Source: Lingula anatina
Taxonomy: Eukaryota; Animalia; Brachiopoda
Direction: 5' to 3'
NCBI GenBank assembly: GCA_051362555.1
Contig: CM120644.1
Coordinates: forward strand, 24,264,534 to 24,328,533
Length of the DNA: 64,000 nt
Shown here: positions 50,820 to 64,000 of the stretch, piece by piece
Layout: each line of letters begins with the position of its first letter
How positions within the stretch are numbered: position 1 is the stretch's first letter
Program-made: the position numbers and the translations under genes
The notes under the pieces: model-generated
Told to the model about the DNA's origin: nothing
The model's input: the letters and a program-made list of their open reading frames with translations, nothing else
Databases searched by the model: none

Positions 50820-53800
50820 ATTGGATACAGACTTGTACAGTACACAATTTTACAATTGAGGACATCATGCCAGCAGCACCCAAAATTGTGCTTTCTTCCA
50901 ATTTGATGCAATATTATGTAATGCTTAACAGCATAATGATCATCAATTTTTTATAATAAAATATTAGTATCATGAATATTCAGAAAATGTGACTAGCAAA
51001 GGTTTTCAGGTTCATGGAACTCCAAAGTCATACTTTGAAAATGCTAAATGTATACAAGAGAGCACTGTACTGAAATGGGTTTCTTGCCATTTTTAACTTT
51101 TTTACATAAAATAATACAGTTTACTGCCATTTCACATGATCAACTAAGAAAATTGTTGAGATGGCAAAAATATCAATATAACAAGTTTAAATGTCCAATT
51201 TCCTCCATTCCGAACATTGTGAATAATTGAATCTGACAAACTACAATGATACGAGTTCATTTCCATTTTGGCACTTTTTTTACACAATACAAGATAACAG
51301 GTTTACCACCATTTTTATATAATCAACTAGCAATATTGTCAAGACGCAGAAATTGTCAAACAACCCATTTTACATATCTAGTAAATTCAATAATGAGACT
51401 GTTTACATGCCTGACAATCAAATATGAGGAAAACCACTTATATACAAATAAAAGCTGAAGTCCCTCAAAACTCAACCAATCAAACTTATTTTTAAATTTG
51501 ATTTGTATATAGATAACACTGATCACTCTTGTGAGTTTAATGACAACAGGCCTATCGGTTCTCCCTGAAATGTGCTTACAGTGTTACTAATATGCTTTTA
51601 CTAATAATCATCAGTTCTGTGAGTTTCATGAAAACAGGCTTTAAGTTATTGGTTCTCCCTGAAATGTGCTTACAGTGTTACATATATGCTGAAAAAAAAA
51701 AAAAAAAAAAAACAGCATAACATTTGAAAGAAAAGGGCCTGGTCTTGCTGATTTTCAATCTTGACCATTCTTTTACTAATAATCATCAGTTCTGTGAGTT
51801 TCATGAAAACAGGCTTATTGGTTCTCCTTGAAATATGTTAACAGTGTTGCATGTACACTGAAAAAAGGAGAAAAAAATGCAAAACTTTTGAAAATAATCA
51901 CCCCATTTCCTCCATTTTGAGACACTGTATTACACAGTACATGATAACATGTTTACCGTCATATTTATATAATCAACTAGCAATGTTGTAAAGATGCAGA
52001 CAATTTCAGAGAAACACTAACATATTTACATGTCTAGTTAATTCAATAACGAAACTGTCAACATGCCTGACAATCAAATCTGAGGAAAACCACTTATATA
52101 CAAATAAAAGCTGAAGTCCCTCAGAACTCAACCAATCTATCTTATTTTTAAATTTGATTTGTATATAGATAACATTGATCACTCTTGTGAGTTTAATGAC
52201 AACAGGCCTATCGGTTCTCCCTGAAATGTGCTTACAGTGTTACTTATATGCTGAAAAAAAAACAGCATAAAATTTGAAAGAAAAGGGCCTGGTCATGCTG
52301 ATTTTCAATCTTGACCATTCTTTTACTCATAATAATCAGTTCTGTGAGTTTCATGAAAACAGGCTTTAAGTTATTGGTTCTTCCTGAAATGTGCTTACAG
52401 TGTTACTTATATGCTTAAAAAAACAGCATAACATTTGAAAGAAAAGGGCCTGGTCATGCTGATTTTCAATCTTGACCATTCTTTTACTAATAATCATCAG
52501 TTCTGTGAGTTTCATGAAAACAGGCTTATTGGTTCTCCTTGAAATGTGCTTACAGTGTTACATATATGCTGAAAAAAAAAACAGCATAACATTTGAAAGA
52601 AAAGGGCCTGGTCATGCTGATTTTCAATCTTGACCATTCTTTTACTTATAATCATCAGTTCTGTGAGTTTTATGAAAAGAGGCCTATTGGTTCTCCTTGA
52701 AATGTGTTTACAGTGTTACCTATATGCTTAAAAAAACAGCATAACACTAGAAAGAAAAGGGCCTGGTCATGCTGATTTTCAATCTTGACCATTCTTTTAC
52801 TAATAATCATCAGTTCTGTGAGTTTCATGAAAACAGGCTTATTGGTTCTCCTTGAAATGTGCTTACAGTGTTACATATATGCTGAAAAAAAACCAGCATA
52901 ACATTTGAAAGAAAAGGGCCTGGTCATGCTGATTTTCAATCTTGATCATTCTTTTTAATTTACTAATAATCATCAGTTCTCTGAGTTTCATGAAAACAGG
53001 CCTATTGGTTCTCCTTGAAGTGTGTTTACAGTGTTGCATGTACACTGAAAAAAGGAGAAAAAAAATGCAAAACTTTTGAAAATAATCACCCCATTTCCTC
53101 CATTTTGAGACAATGTATTACACAGTACATGATAACATGTTTACCGTCATATTTATATAATCAACTAGCAATGTTGTAAAGATGCAGAAAATTTCAGACA
53201 AACACTAACATATTTACATATCTAGTTAGTTCAATAACGAAACTGTCAACATGCCTGACAATCAAATCTGAGGAAAACCACTTATATACAAATAAAAGCT
53301 GAAGTCCCTCAAAACTCAACCAATCAATCTTATTTTTAAACTTGATTTGTATATAGATAACATTGATTACTCCTGTGAGTTTCATGAAAACAGGCTTATT
53401 GGTTCTCCTTGAAATGTGCTTACAGTGTTACATATATGCTGAAAAAAACAGCATAACATTTGAAAGAAAAGGGCCTGGTCATGCTGATTTTCAATCTTGA
53501 TCATTATTTTTAATTTACTAATAATCATCAGTTCTTGACCATTCTTTTACTTATAATCATCAGTTCTGTGAGTTTTATGAAAAGAGGCCTATTGGTTCTC
53601 CTTGAAATGTGTTTACAGTGTTGCATGTACAATGAAAAAAGGAGAAAAAATGCAAAACTTTTGAAAATAATCACCCCATTTCCTCCATTTTGAGACACTG
53701 TATTACACAGTACATGATAACATGTTTACCGTCATATTTATATAATCAACTAGCAATGTTGTAAAGATGCAGAAAATTTCAGACAAAAACTAACATATTT

Positions 53801-54370
53801 ACATATCTAGTTAGTTCAATAACGAAACTGTCAACATGCCTGACAATCAAATCTGAGGAAAACCACTTATATATATCAAAACAAGGCACAACTTCCACAA
53901 AACTCAACCAATCAATCCTATTTTCAAACTTGATTTGTATATTGGTAACATTGATCACTCCTGTGAGTTTAATGACAACAGGCCTATCGGTTCTCCCTGA
54001 AATGTGCTTACAGTGTTACTTATATGCTGAAAATGGCAGAAAAAAAACAGCATAACTTTTGACAAAAAATGGCCCGGATATGCCGATTTTTGATCTTGAC
54101 AACCCTTTTACTAATAATCATCAGTTCTGTGAGTTTCATGACAATAGACCTATTGCTTCTCCTTGAACTGTGTTTACAGTGTTGCATGTATGCTGAAAAA
54201 AGCAAAAACAACAGCAAATTTTCTGAAAAAAAAGCAGCCCATTATGAAGATTTTCAAACTTGACCTGCGTTTAACTAATATTCATCAGTTCTGTGAGTTT
54301 CATGAAAATAGACCTATCGGTTCTCTTTAAAATGTTGCATCGCATATAATATTATGCTGAGAAAAGGGAA
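50820..54370 (-). repeat. Satellite array of ~160-bp units with higher-order blocks (HINE core family)
   Basis: Repeated ATCATCAGTTCTGTGAGTTTCATGAAAACAGG...; reverse-complement homologous to the intronic array at 11500-14700. Confidence 0.9.
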
Positions 54371-54828
54371 AAACAGCAACACTGATTACGTTGATTGCAA
54401 TTTATATAGCATTCCTTCTGGGAGAGATCGATCCATAGTTAGTACGATAGGATCTGGGAACGGTCCCTTAATCGTTTTTGCCGTGTGCATATCCGAACTG
54501 TAGGCCTATATATCAGGACGCGTAATTGTCGGGGCGTCTTTTTTTTTCTTTTTTTATTTCACAAAGCGGTTCTTGCAAATGCGGTGTTTATGAATATGTG
54601 TGCTCTGTGTTAGCGACATGGACCGACAGGGGCCCATTCAAAATATAATTTCACTTCAGTTGTTAGATTTAGTATTTATTCTAGCAGCCAGGTGTATAAC
54701 AAACAGGTCAGATCTACAGGTGAAAAGAAGTGACTGTAGTTCGCAGAGCCATTATGTAATAATAAATGTTTCATAATGTCATAGCCTTCTTCAAACTGTC
54801 AGGGGTAGATTAATTCATAGTTAGCTAA

Positions 54829-55040
54829 GGGGCCCTTTACACTGGACGGCGTCCTTTCTGCGTCCTGTAGTACGGATCCATTTGAGAGTACAAAATTATA
54901 ATACTTAACTTTCTGACAACTGGCCAATCACCAAATATTCATTTTTTTCAACCAAAGCAATGCTTGTACCTCCTCTCTACGACCACAGTGATGCCAGTTT
55001 CTTGGTCGCACAAAGGACGCCGCCCCAGTGTAAAGGGGGT
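54829..55040. mobile_element. Harbinger-like MITE
   Basis: CCCTTTACACTGG..CGGCGTCCTTT / AAAGGACGCCG..CCAGTGTAAAGGG with TAA/TTA flanks. Confidence 0.65.
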
Positions 55041-55071
55041 TTACGGACGATCCATTTACCCTTTTCATTTA

Positions 55072-56065
55072 CTCTGAAGTATCGAATAAAAGAACTGATG
55101 GAATAAAAGTACTGGGTGTAAAAAATCTCGAAATTTAATAAAAGTACTGGATGGAATAAAAGTACTGGGTGGAAAAAACCTTTGCACCACTCCCCCCCCC
55201 CCCCCCCCAAAAAAAAAATGAAATAAATAAATAAAAGTAAAGAAGAAGAAGAGAAAGAAAAAAGCTAGCTATTGATCATTGTAAAAAAAAAAAAAAAAAA
55301 TTCACCAGGTAAAATTCACTCAGTATTATAATTTATCTTAAAAACGGGATATCTAATTTATTAAAAAAAATATATATATATATATTTGCCATGAGTTAAA
55401 TTTCATAATCGTCAGGGGCCGAAGACCCAGATATGTCGCACCTAAGCCGCCTCCGAGAGCCATACGGAGACGTTATTCATAGTAAATTTATTCTCAGATA
55501 TAAGGTTCGTTTTGCATACCTGTAAACTCTTAAGGGTTTATCTTACATAGAAATGTGATTTAACATCGTTTAAATCATAAATCGGCATGAAATAATTGAT
55601 GTTTGAAAACAGGCACAACTTCTTTGCTGCACTTGAAATGACCTCCTTAGCTATAAATATGATCCTATCACCTTGCGACATTGCATCATTCGATCGATGT
55701 ACATGAGTAGTTGTCACTGTTGAAGGGAAAGCACGTCTATTTATAGGAACTGAAATCAGGTGACGCATGTACTGTTGTGTTCAGAGAGCGACTTCCGCTT
55801 GACCTACTTTCCAGTGCTGTTGGTAGAACAGTCGGTAATGAGTTGAGATCTCAATTTTCTTCTCATTATACTTCAATTTAAGAAAATAAAAAGCGTGACT
55901 TGTACTTGTGTAATTTCCCACCGGTACAATATGTATTTAATAAACATACCGGGTGGAAGATTTTTGAAAAATTAATAAGCGTACTGGGTGAAAATGGAGC
56001 GTATCGGCGGGAAGAAATTTGGAAAATTAATTAACGTACCGGTACGTTTATTTGATACTTCAGAG
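55072..56065. mobile_element. Tc1/mariner-type MITE
   Basis: TA|CTCTGAAGTATC...GATACTTCAGAG|TA. Confidence 0.8.
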
Positions 56066-56647
56066 TAATTCTTGCACCCTCAAAAGATTGTCGGTCCTAA
56101 GATCTACCGAGTGAGCCACAAATTCAGACAGTTCTTCTTTATTTAAACCACTCCAAGTCAGTTGTACTAATAAAGAAGCGTGCCGTAATATGTACAGTGC
56201 GATGATAGTTATGTAGTTACGTAACGGCCTAGGAGAGCTTAATTTGATAAAAAAGACCTTTAGTTTAAAAATATGAACTTACTGAATATATAGACATCTG
56301 AGATATAACATTACTTTCAGTTTAGTCTGCCCTTTACAGCACAACCGAGGACGCGGAATTTGGTCCGCCCTTTACAGCACAACCGAGGACGCGTGTGTAT
56401 AGCCCGATTTCAGACAAAAAGTTGGACAGTATTTCTGATACACTCGTGGCGGGAATTTGGCCCGCGCTATACAGCATAACCGAGGACTGGCTCAGAATAG
56501 CGTCAAATTTCACCACCTAACTTGAAATGGGCCCCTTTATGCATTCCACTGCTTATGTCAACCGAGGACGTCCTCGGTTGGAGGTGTGTCCTCGGTTAGT
56601 GGGTTTCGGGCAGGTGTGTGTCCTCGGTTAGAATGCGTGCACAAGAG

Positions 56648-56694
<47 letters not shown>

Positions 56695-57179
56695 AGAAGA
56701 AGAAGAAGAAGTAAGAAAGTAATAGTAAGAAGTGGACGCGAGACTTACAATCGGCCTGTGGATTGTTTGTTTACATCAGTTTTTGGAGGGGGTAACTATG
56801 GCTACAGTGCCGCCCTTAATTTCCCTTACTTACTCGGCGGGTCGCTGCGGGTTGTTCAGACGGCCTGGCTCTGTAACTATGGAAACAACATTGTCATCCA
56901 TGCGCTGTTTGGTGTCTGTTTACAATAGTACCATGCCCTGCCCCGTCGGGTAATTATCGTGACAAACTTTCTGCTTACGAAAGAGCCTAACCCTAGCTCG
57001 CTGAGATAAAGGTCGAAGCTGAGCGTGGTGGCAATTAAGTGTTCGTCCAAGCGTTAATCGACCTTTAATGCGCGGTGGCTTCACTCTACTTTGATCACTC
57101 TACTCTGATACGGAGATTTTAAGTAAAAAAACTTGCAAACAGTGATTTTTAAAAGTAACTTTATCAAAAAGATTCGTTC

Positions 57180-58265
57180 ACAAATATTAAATTAGGAATC
57201 TCCACAGGCAACATTTATACCACACCCTTTTTTTGCTAAAATTGGAATCCACTAGGGCAATAATCTAAGCCCAACACTCTTTCATATAATTATAGACGAC
57301 ATAAACGAATTCTTCCACACATGCAAAACCACAGACAAGGTAGATGGCATCAACCGCATACTTTATCCTAATGATCTTGTCCTACTGTCGAGAACAAAGG
57401 ACGGACTGCACAATCTCCTGAACAAACTAGAACAGTACTGCCAAAAGTGAAAGTCGCACATTAATATTAAGAAAACCATGTTGTTTAGCAAGAAGGGCAA
57501 ACTTCACCATCGAACAAAATTTTACATAAATGATTAATCTATAGAAGAAGTAAAACAATACCCATATTTGGGAATAGTTTTCCCCAACACTGGCTCATTA
57601 AAAGGAAGCAATTGGAAATTTGAAGAAAAAAAACCTGTATTTGATAAAAGGAGCTCTTGGCTCTCAAAATATTTCTAAATCACTTTTGTGCATGAGCTTA
57701 TTTGACAAACCTATCAAACCAATTATGGTTGTGAGGTCTGGTCACAGGAAATTCTAAAACAAAAAACATGTCTCTGAAAAAGATTTATAAAATGCTATCC
57801 GAACAGGTACACTTGAAGTTTTGCTAATGGATTTTGGGTCTAAGAGAGCGGGCTAGCAATACCATGTCTAGAGCCGAGCTTGGCAGGTACCCTATTTTTT
57901 CAACTATAGCCAAACGTTTCCAAAGATGTAGTCTTAAACTGGAACAACTGCCATATAATAGAATTTTAAGGCATGTGTATAATCTTGACCAAGATAGAAA
58001 GGGAAACACATGCTTCTCCGAAGATAGAAATCCACCAAAGAAAATACATCAAATAGAAAACCTAGTAGAAATATTGAACATAAGAATTGAAAAAACTCTC
58101 TTAGCAGGAATTAAATAGCTAGACCTCAAACAAATTAAGGACATACAAAACAATAAAAGAATCTTATAAATGTGCCAATTACATCAAAATGAGTGTCTCC
58201 TCCTTAGATATCAAAACACTGGTAAAAAGTAGACTAAGTGACCACGACCTGGCATTAGAAAGAGG
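57180..58265 (+). pseudogene. Decayed non-LTR retrotransposon reverse transcriptase (RTE-X-like)
   Basis: GIH*GNNLSPTLF..IDD, LYPNDLVLLS (YADD-like), YPYLGI, ASNTMSRAELGRYP, RLSDHDLALERGR; many stops and frameshifts. Confidence 0.85.
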
Positions 58266-58356
58266 CCGTGCGTGTGTGTATTTGTACGCGCGCGTGTGTG
58301 TGTTTGCTTACAGCCTGTTGGTTATTCGTGGGTAGGTGGTATTATTATTTTTTTTT

Positions 58357-58905
58357 TAGAGAGAAATAAGAGTTCGTTATAAAGAGACACTGAAGACATT
58401 GCAGAGCTCTTTCGAAGTCATTGCTACTATATTACTATCAATGAGCCGCTCCTGTGTTATGCTGTTAAAAATGATTTGCATTTATATATTGCTTTAGTTT
58501 GTTAGAACCTTGTATCTTATAGATCGCATAATCAATATCCGCCTAATAGCGGACAAGACTAGTCTGTTCATTAGTAGCAGACACGAAGTGGTATAAAGTG
58601 TTCAGCAGGTTTTTTTTTTTTTTTTTTTTTTTTGCTAGAGAGAAATAAGATTTCGTTATAAATAGACTCTGAAGACATTGCAGAGCTCTTTCGAAGCCAT
58701 TGCTACTATATTACTATCTATGAGCCAACCGCTCCTGTGTAATGCTGTTTAAAATGATTTGCATTTATATATTGCTTTAGTTTGTCAGAATGTAATATTG
58801 TATACACCGCGTAATGAATATGATTTAAGATCCACCCAATAGAGGACAAGATTTGTCTGTTCATTAGTAGCAGACACGACGTGATATAAAGTATAAAGTG
58901 GTCAG
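58357..58905. repeat. ~280-bp tandem duplication
   Basis: TAGAGAGAAATAAGA...CATTAGTAGCAGACACGA occurs twice (starts ~58357 and ~58637). Confidence 0.85.
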
Positions 58906-58927
58906 GAGGTTGAAAAAAGGAAACGTT

Positions 58928-59649
58928 GACAAAATAATACACAAGACCATCGATTTGTCCTTAGAAATGGAGAAATCGATCGATTTTTAATGTTAACCAC
59001 TTGAGTATTTGGATTACCAAGGGTTTATGATTACCTTTGTTATCACTAATATGTTAAGATTACAAATGATAAATATTTTTGAGTGATAAGCAAACATAAA
59101 ATCACTGTAAGTGGACAAACGTGGTACCACTACAACTAGCAAGGGACATAAAAGTTGATAAAAAGTATTTACAGATTAAGCAAGACTTGGTTTGAAAAAT
59201 CAATAGTGCCAGGTGTATTTTGTCAATTCATTGGTGAGGCAATCTATACTGCAGCGTGTACGACGTACATGTATGCGCATGTGTGATGCTGTGTACGATG
59301 AGATCAATTATATCCTTATAGTTATAAACCACGCTCTCTGCTTAATGTCCAGCGAAGCAAGATAAATACTGTTTTTTTAAAAAAAAAGCTTATGTAAGCT
59401 AGTGCACGAGATATTAGCAACAGACCAAAGTATGGAAAACTCCTTCTCCCGGGATACAGCAAAATTACATACTGAAAACTTGGGACACCAATTAAAATTA
59501 CACCAAGTAAAAAATCATTATAGGTTATACATTTATTTTATCAATATACATCCTTGGTAATCCAAATATTTATATAGTACTTAACATTGGAAATCTATCT
59601 ATTTCTCCATGTCTCTGGACAAATCGATGGTCACGTGCATTATTTTGTC
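58928..59649. mobile_element. Fold-back element/MITE with ~100-bp imperfect inverted repeats
   Basis: GACAAAATAAT..GACCATCGATTTGTCC..ATGGAGAAAT..TATTTGGATTACCAAGG and its reverse complement at 59552-59649. Confidence 0.7.
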
Positions 59650-59712
59650 TACTGTCACCGATTTTAACGTTCTCAACAATTATCATAGACGGCATCGGTA
59701 ACAACTCTATAT

Positions 59713-61360
59713 TTACGTCGCTCGCCTAAATCCATATGCTACTGGAATATATATTTAAGGACAAATTAAGCTTTGTTAAGTCCCTCGTGTCACTCACCAT
59801 AGATACTTAATTTTGTCTTGAATGAAAAAATAGCCTCAAATTATCGTTTTGTGCTTAAACCTTTCATAACTTGAACCAAGATCTGATATACAGTGTGCTA
59901 TAGCTACTATGACATTCCTCAAGTTGGGTCTGCTGGGGGAGGGGAGCATTTAAATGATAAACGAGGAAGTCTACCTGCAAAAGCAGCAGCAGTGGTTTAA
60001 GTGATCGCTATCTCGGCTCCTTTTTCTTTGACAGAAACATAAAAAGTGTTTAGGGAGAAAGTCACACAAAGACCTGACGTTGTTTTGTCTACAGCATTTC
60101 CTCTTCCTTGTTCACTGCAATAACTATCGTCAATTAATGAAATCGAGAAAGCAATTAAGTGACGACACATTGAATATAGTCACTAGGTGCATTTCACTGA
60201 GTGTTTACAAGATCTAACGAAACATTTTATCGCCACGCGTTCTAGTCCGATCGTTTGGGGGGGGGGAGTTAGTGGTATTTGTATGTGTAGTTGGATAAAA
60301 TAAAATAGTCCAGAATAGTGTACGTACAAGTTTGAGAAGTTGAACATGAAAACGTTTTCGACTGATAACAAGAAAAAAAAAATTAGGAAAAAAACGAAAT
60401 AGAATGTTTGGAAATTTAAACAGTTACTCTGGCGGCTTTTCGTCACGGCTATGAATCTGACATCGAATTTAGTCCAAAAAATTAGTAAATTCAGAATTAT
60501 TAGCTAAAATGTAAATTGCCCTAATTTGTCAGATAACCAAAAATGCCAGTGATCCAAGCGGAGGGTACGCTTTCCTGAAGGTAGCGGCGACGAACGGCGA
60601 CGTTATTTTTCCGTACAGTGAAGCTGTATAGTTACGAACCCCCCCCCTTTTTCAACAGGCGTGTTTTATTAATTACTTCATGTCACAAAGTAAATTTATA
60701 CAGGCAAAAATTTATTCAAGGAAATAGTTTCGAGAAATGAACGAGAGTAAAATATAAGTCGGCACAAATATAAGTCATACAACAATGAGTCTGTATTTAA
60801 AGTATAATCCCTCCTGTTATGGGCCATGTCGGATTATAATGGCATACCTTGATGCAAAACAGTCTATCCTTTCTTCCACCGCGAGTCCCTTTATTTGATG
60901 TATTGTATTACTCATTACCCATTTCATTTGACACTCTTTTTCTCTCCCTTCCCCTTTCTCTTGTTAGAAGGAGGGTAAATAATTAAGCACTCAAAATCTA
61001 CATCACCAATCTTCAGAAAAGAATAAGTCAACGACACAGCAGAATGAATCAAATAACTGCTAGCACAAATTTACATGCAGATAGCTATAGTCTCACTACA
61101 TACATAATCAGCTGCACGCGCAAAGCTGTTGAACAAAAGGATTGTTCGCTACGGGAGACCGTTTGTTTACATAAGTACACTAAGGGGGCGTGGCTACCCA
61201 GGCGACCAGGGGATTAGGCTAGTTACTATATGCCGTTAACAATCGTTTAGGGACCCTATCATTATCACACTCCCTCTATTGTATTTTCTACCGCATTAAT
61301 CGCAGTGTAATCTTCAAATGGTCTACGGGGTAAATATACACATTCCTAATACTAGGACGG
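59713..61360 (-). repeat. Right arm of long inverted repeat
   Basis: Reverse complement of the left arm, with an extra ~160-bp segment near 60250-60410; ends ACGG|TA. Confidence 0.92.
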
Positions 61361-62412
61361 TAGCAAGATTTAATCAGTCTCATTTATGTTACTTATCTTT
61401 TGTCTAAATAATCAAGTGCACAAGTGATTAAATAGACCAATAAATAAAGGTGTATTTGATTTGTCAATTCCATGGGCGAACAACGGAGCAGTTTACACTG
61501 TGCTAAGCGTCATACGATAATGTGGGTGTGCGTGTGTGTGTGTGTGTGTGTGGGGGGGGGGGGGTTCACTTTTAGTTTCCAAAGCATTTTACTGCACACC
61601 ACTTATGGTTGTAGCGAGGGAAAGCAAAATGATGTTGATTTTTATAATGGCATGCATGTGTACGAACCTCGTTTAATTGAACGAAATGCGGAAAACATTG
61701 CTATCCCTCGATACCGCGAAATTGCGTACTGAAATCTGGGAACTTCAATCAAAAGATGTGGGCACCTATTCAATAAATATATTCTGGTACATGTTACCCG
61801 ATAAGTTATTTAACACATATTTTATTTGCACACATTTTAAAAATTATACGGCATAATTCATTTAAAAAGGCAAACCGCATTTATCAGGCGTTAGAGTAAA
61901 ATCTTTTTTATTGGAACTCGCAAACAAGCTTGTAAAATGTTGACCATACAATTAATTATTGAAACCAGCATTAGCATCGTATCCTAGAACAAACATGCAC
62001 GTGATAATATTTGTGATAAGAAGAAGAAAAGTGAAATACCTTGGTCCTGAATTCCCCAGTTGAGATATCTACATCAATCTGCTGCGTTTTATGGATTTAC
62101 TCTTGAAGGAATATCTTCGTTCATTGAACTGAGGTGAAAACAAGGAAAAGATGTAAAACGAGTTTTAAAACAGTTTTTCCGAGCTATTTATTTATTAATT
62201 TTTTTTTCATTTTGTCTAATTACCTTCGTTTAATTTAAGTCTAGTGTGATACAAATTAACGAGTTTTACAACAGTGGTGGAAATTCTACATTCTGCGTTC
62301 AGTGATTATATCGGACTTTTTTTTACAAGTGTCACTATATTCAGGTGCATTTGATACATTTATACCGATACCCCCCCCCCCACCCAAACCACCACCAGCG
62401 CACACACACAAA

Positions 62413-62465
<53 letters not shown>

Positions 62466-63635
62466 ATTTCCAGAAATTGTTTGTTTTTTTATCGTTCAGA
62501 GAATGGTGTTTATATTGTTGTATGCCATTATGACCCTCTGTCTGCAACCTCCAGTTAATTGAAGTCATTTAATAATGAAACAACGACGTTCATTTTTTTA
62601 TTATAATTTTAGTTTCGACTGTGAATATAACACTAGTACTATTAACCCTTAAAGGCCCAAGACATGTTTTTCTTGCATGAAAATGTTAATACCTAGGTAA
62701 TAGGGTTGTAATAAGCACATTTATCAATAAATGTTGAAAAAAAATATTTTGGGCAACACTGACCTAGTTTTTGGCTATGCTCCACCGGTGACCCAATGGG
62801 CTTTAGAGGTAAACAAATGACCAAGTTTCAAAAAATCAAAAACCTCTTTTTATTACAATAACAACATTAAAAAATAAATTCAAACATGGAAGTGTAGCTA
62901 ACAACTTTATAAAACACTTCTGTGTGGTTTAAGACTATTGTATTTAGAATGAAAAGCCAGAATATTGAATTCATTATTTACCTTGATATGACAATACAGA
63001 CACATACAAACCCACTAGAAAATAGCATTAGCGCCTTCTTATGGAGGAAGACATATTTGAGTGAAGTGAAGGATAATGACCTAGTTTCTAATTGGTCAAC
63101 AAGGATAAACTATGACATAGGGGAATAGGAAATGGCAAAATGAAGTGGATTCATTTTTTGTGGTGTGGGTGGGGACGTCTGAAACTTGGGGGTCACGGGT
63201 GACCCACTATAATCTTTAGCCTAGAAAAGTGCTTACATTACATAAAGCGGCTTCCAGCCGCACTGATTCACGCTATTACGCTCACTCACGTGCTATCAAC
63301 CTTCACCTGCCCCCCTACCCCCTTTTCCTGTTTTCACACCTGAATACCGTGCACAATTCGTGTAGCTGCGAAGTGTACATTGGCATGCAACAGCACAAAT
63401 ATTTTCTTTTACAAGGGATAATGTCATTACATCTGTGTGCTTTTCTATCAGCAGCTCTATTTCAGTAAGTTACACAAGCTAGGTCACTGAGCAATGCGCC
63501 ACTGTAGTAACGGAAGTCTGCTAGGTGAATATGCGTAGACAAGTTAGGCTGCGGCATTGGAATATCATATTAGATCAATCGAAGAATAAAAACCCCACGA
63601 CTGCGCGACACTGAAATATTTTATGACGCAGCACG

Positions 63636-64000
63636 TATGGGCGGCCAAAAGGGCAAAAATTCATGTCGTCGATTCAGTTATGTTTCGTCGATTCACTGCC
63701 TTCCCATCGATTCAGTTTCAAGTTTAAACGATCCTGTCATAAATTCAACATCTACTTTCGTCAATTCAATTGTCAAACATTTCTCATCTATGGTGCTGTT
63801 ACTATTTTCGTCGATCGTGTAACTAATCTCGTCGATCGTCAAATTTTTTTCGTCGATCGTGTAACTATTCTCGTCGATCGTCTAATCTCGTCGATCGTGT
63901 AACTATTCTCATCGATCGTCTCATCGATCGATCGCCAGAGGGCGCTGCGGTAGCAACACGTGCTTCTGTCTGTCAATCACGCGGTAATTTTTAACTCGGC
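63636..64000. mobile_element. Left end of an IS3EU-like element with TCGTCGAT subterminal repeats
   Basis: Starts TATGG; array of ~20-bp units built on TCGTCGATC/T; the other end is not in the window. Confidence 0.45.

Larger units (their letters stand above)
50383..56635. mobile_element. CACTA/EnSpm-like non-autonomous element with nested satellite and MITEs
   Basis: Perfect 22-bp TIR CATTCTAACCGAGGACACACAC; repeated subterminal AACCGAGGAC motifs; no clear TSD. Confidence 0.6.

Noticed and set aside
51480-54370. Regular repeats resembling a CRISPR array (also 63660-63930)
   Set aside because: The inter-repeat sequence is itself repeated, with no unique spacers; the context is eukaryotic and there are no cas genes
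62646-63210. piggyBac-like left end (TTAA|CCC, GGTGACCC motifs)
   Set aside because: No matching right TIR or TSD found, so it is not reported as an element

Overview
AT-rich, intron-containing eukaryotic DNA. It looks like an invertebrate animal; a mollusc or other lophotrochozoan is an inference from repeat and gene style, not proven. The first 18.4 kb hold three + strand genes: two tandem 4-exon kynurenine/alpha-aminoadipate aminotransferase (AADAT/KAT-II-like) paralogs and a single-exon B-box/coiled-coil/NHL TRIM-like gene with no RING domain. I recognise no host gene in the remaining ~45 kb, which is a deeply nested transposon field. It includes a hAT-like element containing a Tc1 pseudogene and a recent 1-kb Gypsy LTR element reduced to an open gag-capsid ORF. 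It also holds Harbinger-, Zator-, piggyBac-, Kolobok- and CACTA-like MITEs, Helentron-type elements carrying a ~165-bp satellite, a solo LTR, LINE remnants and a decayed SAP+YqaJ exonuclease gene. A pair of ~1.5-kb inverted arms with TA|CCGT...ACGG|TA ends brackets 21.5 kb. Coordinates were read by eye, and superfamily names come from termini and target-site duplications (TSDs) only, without database searches.
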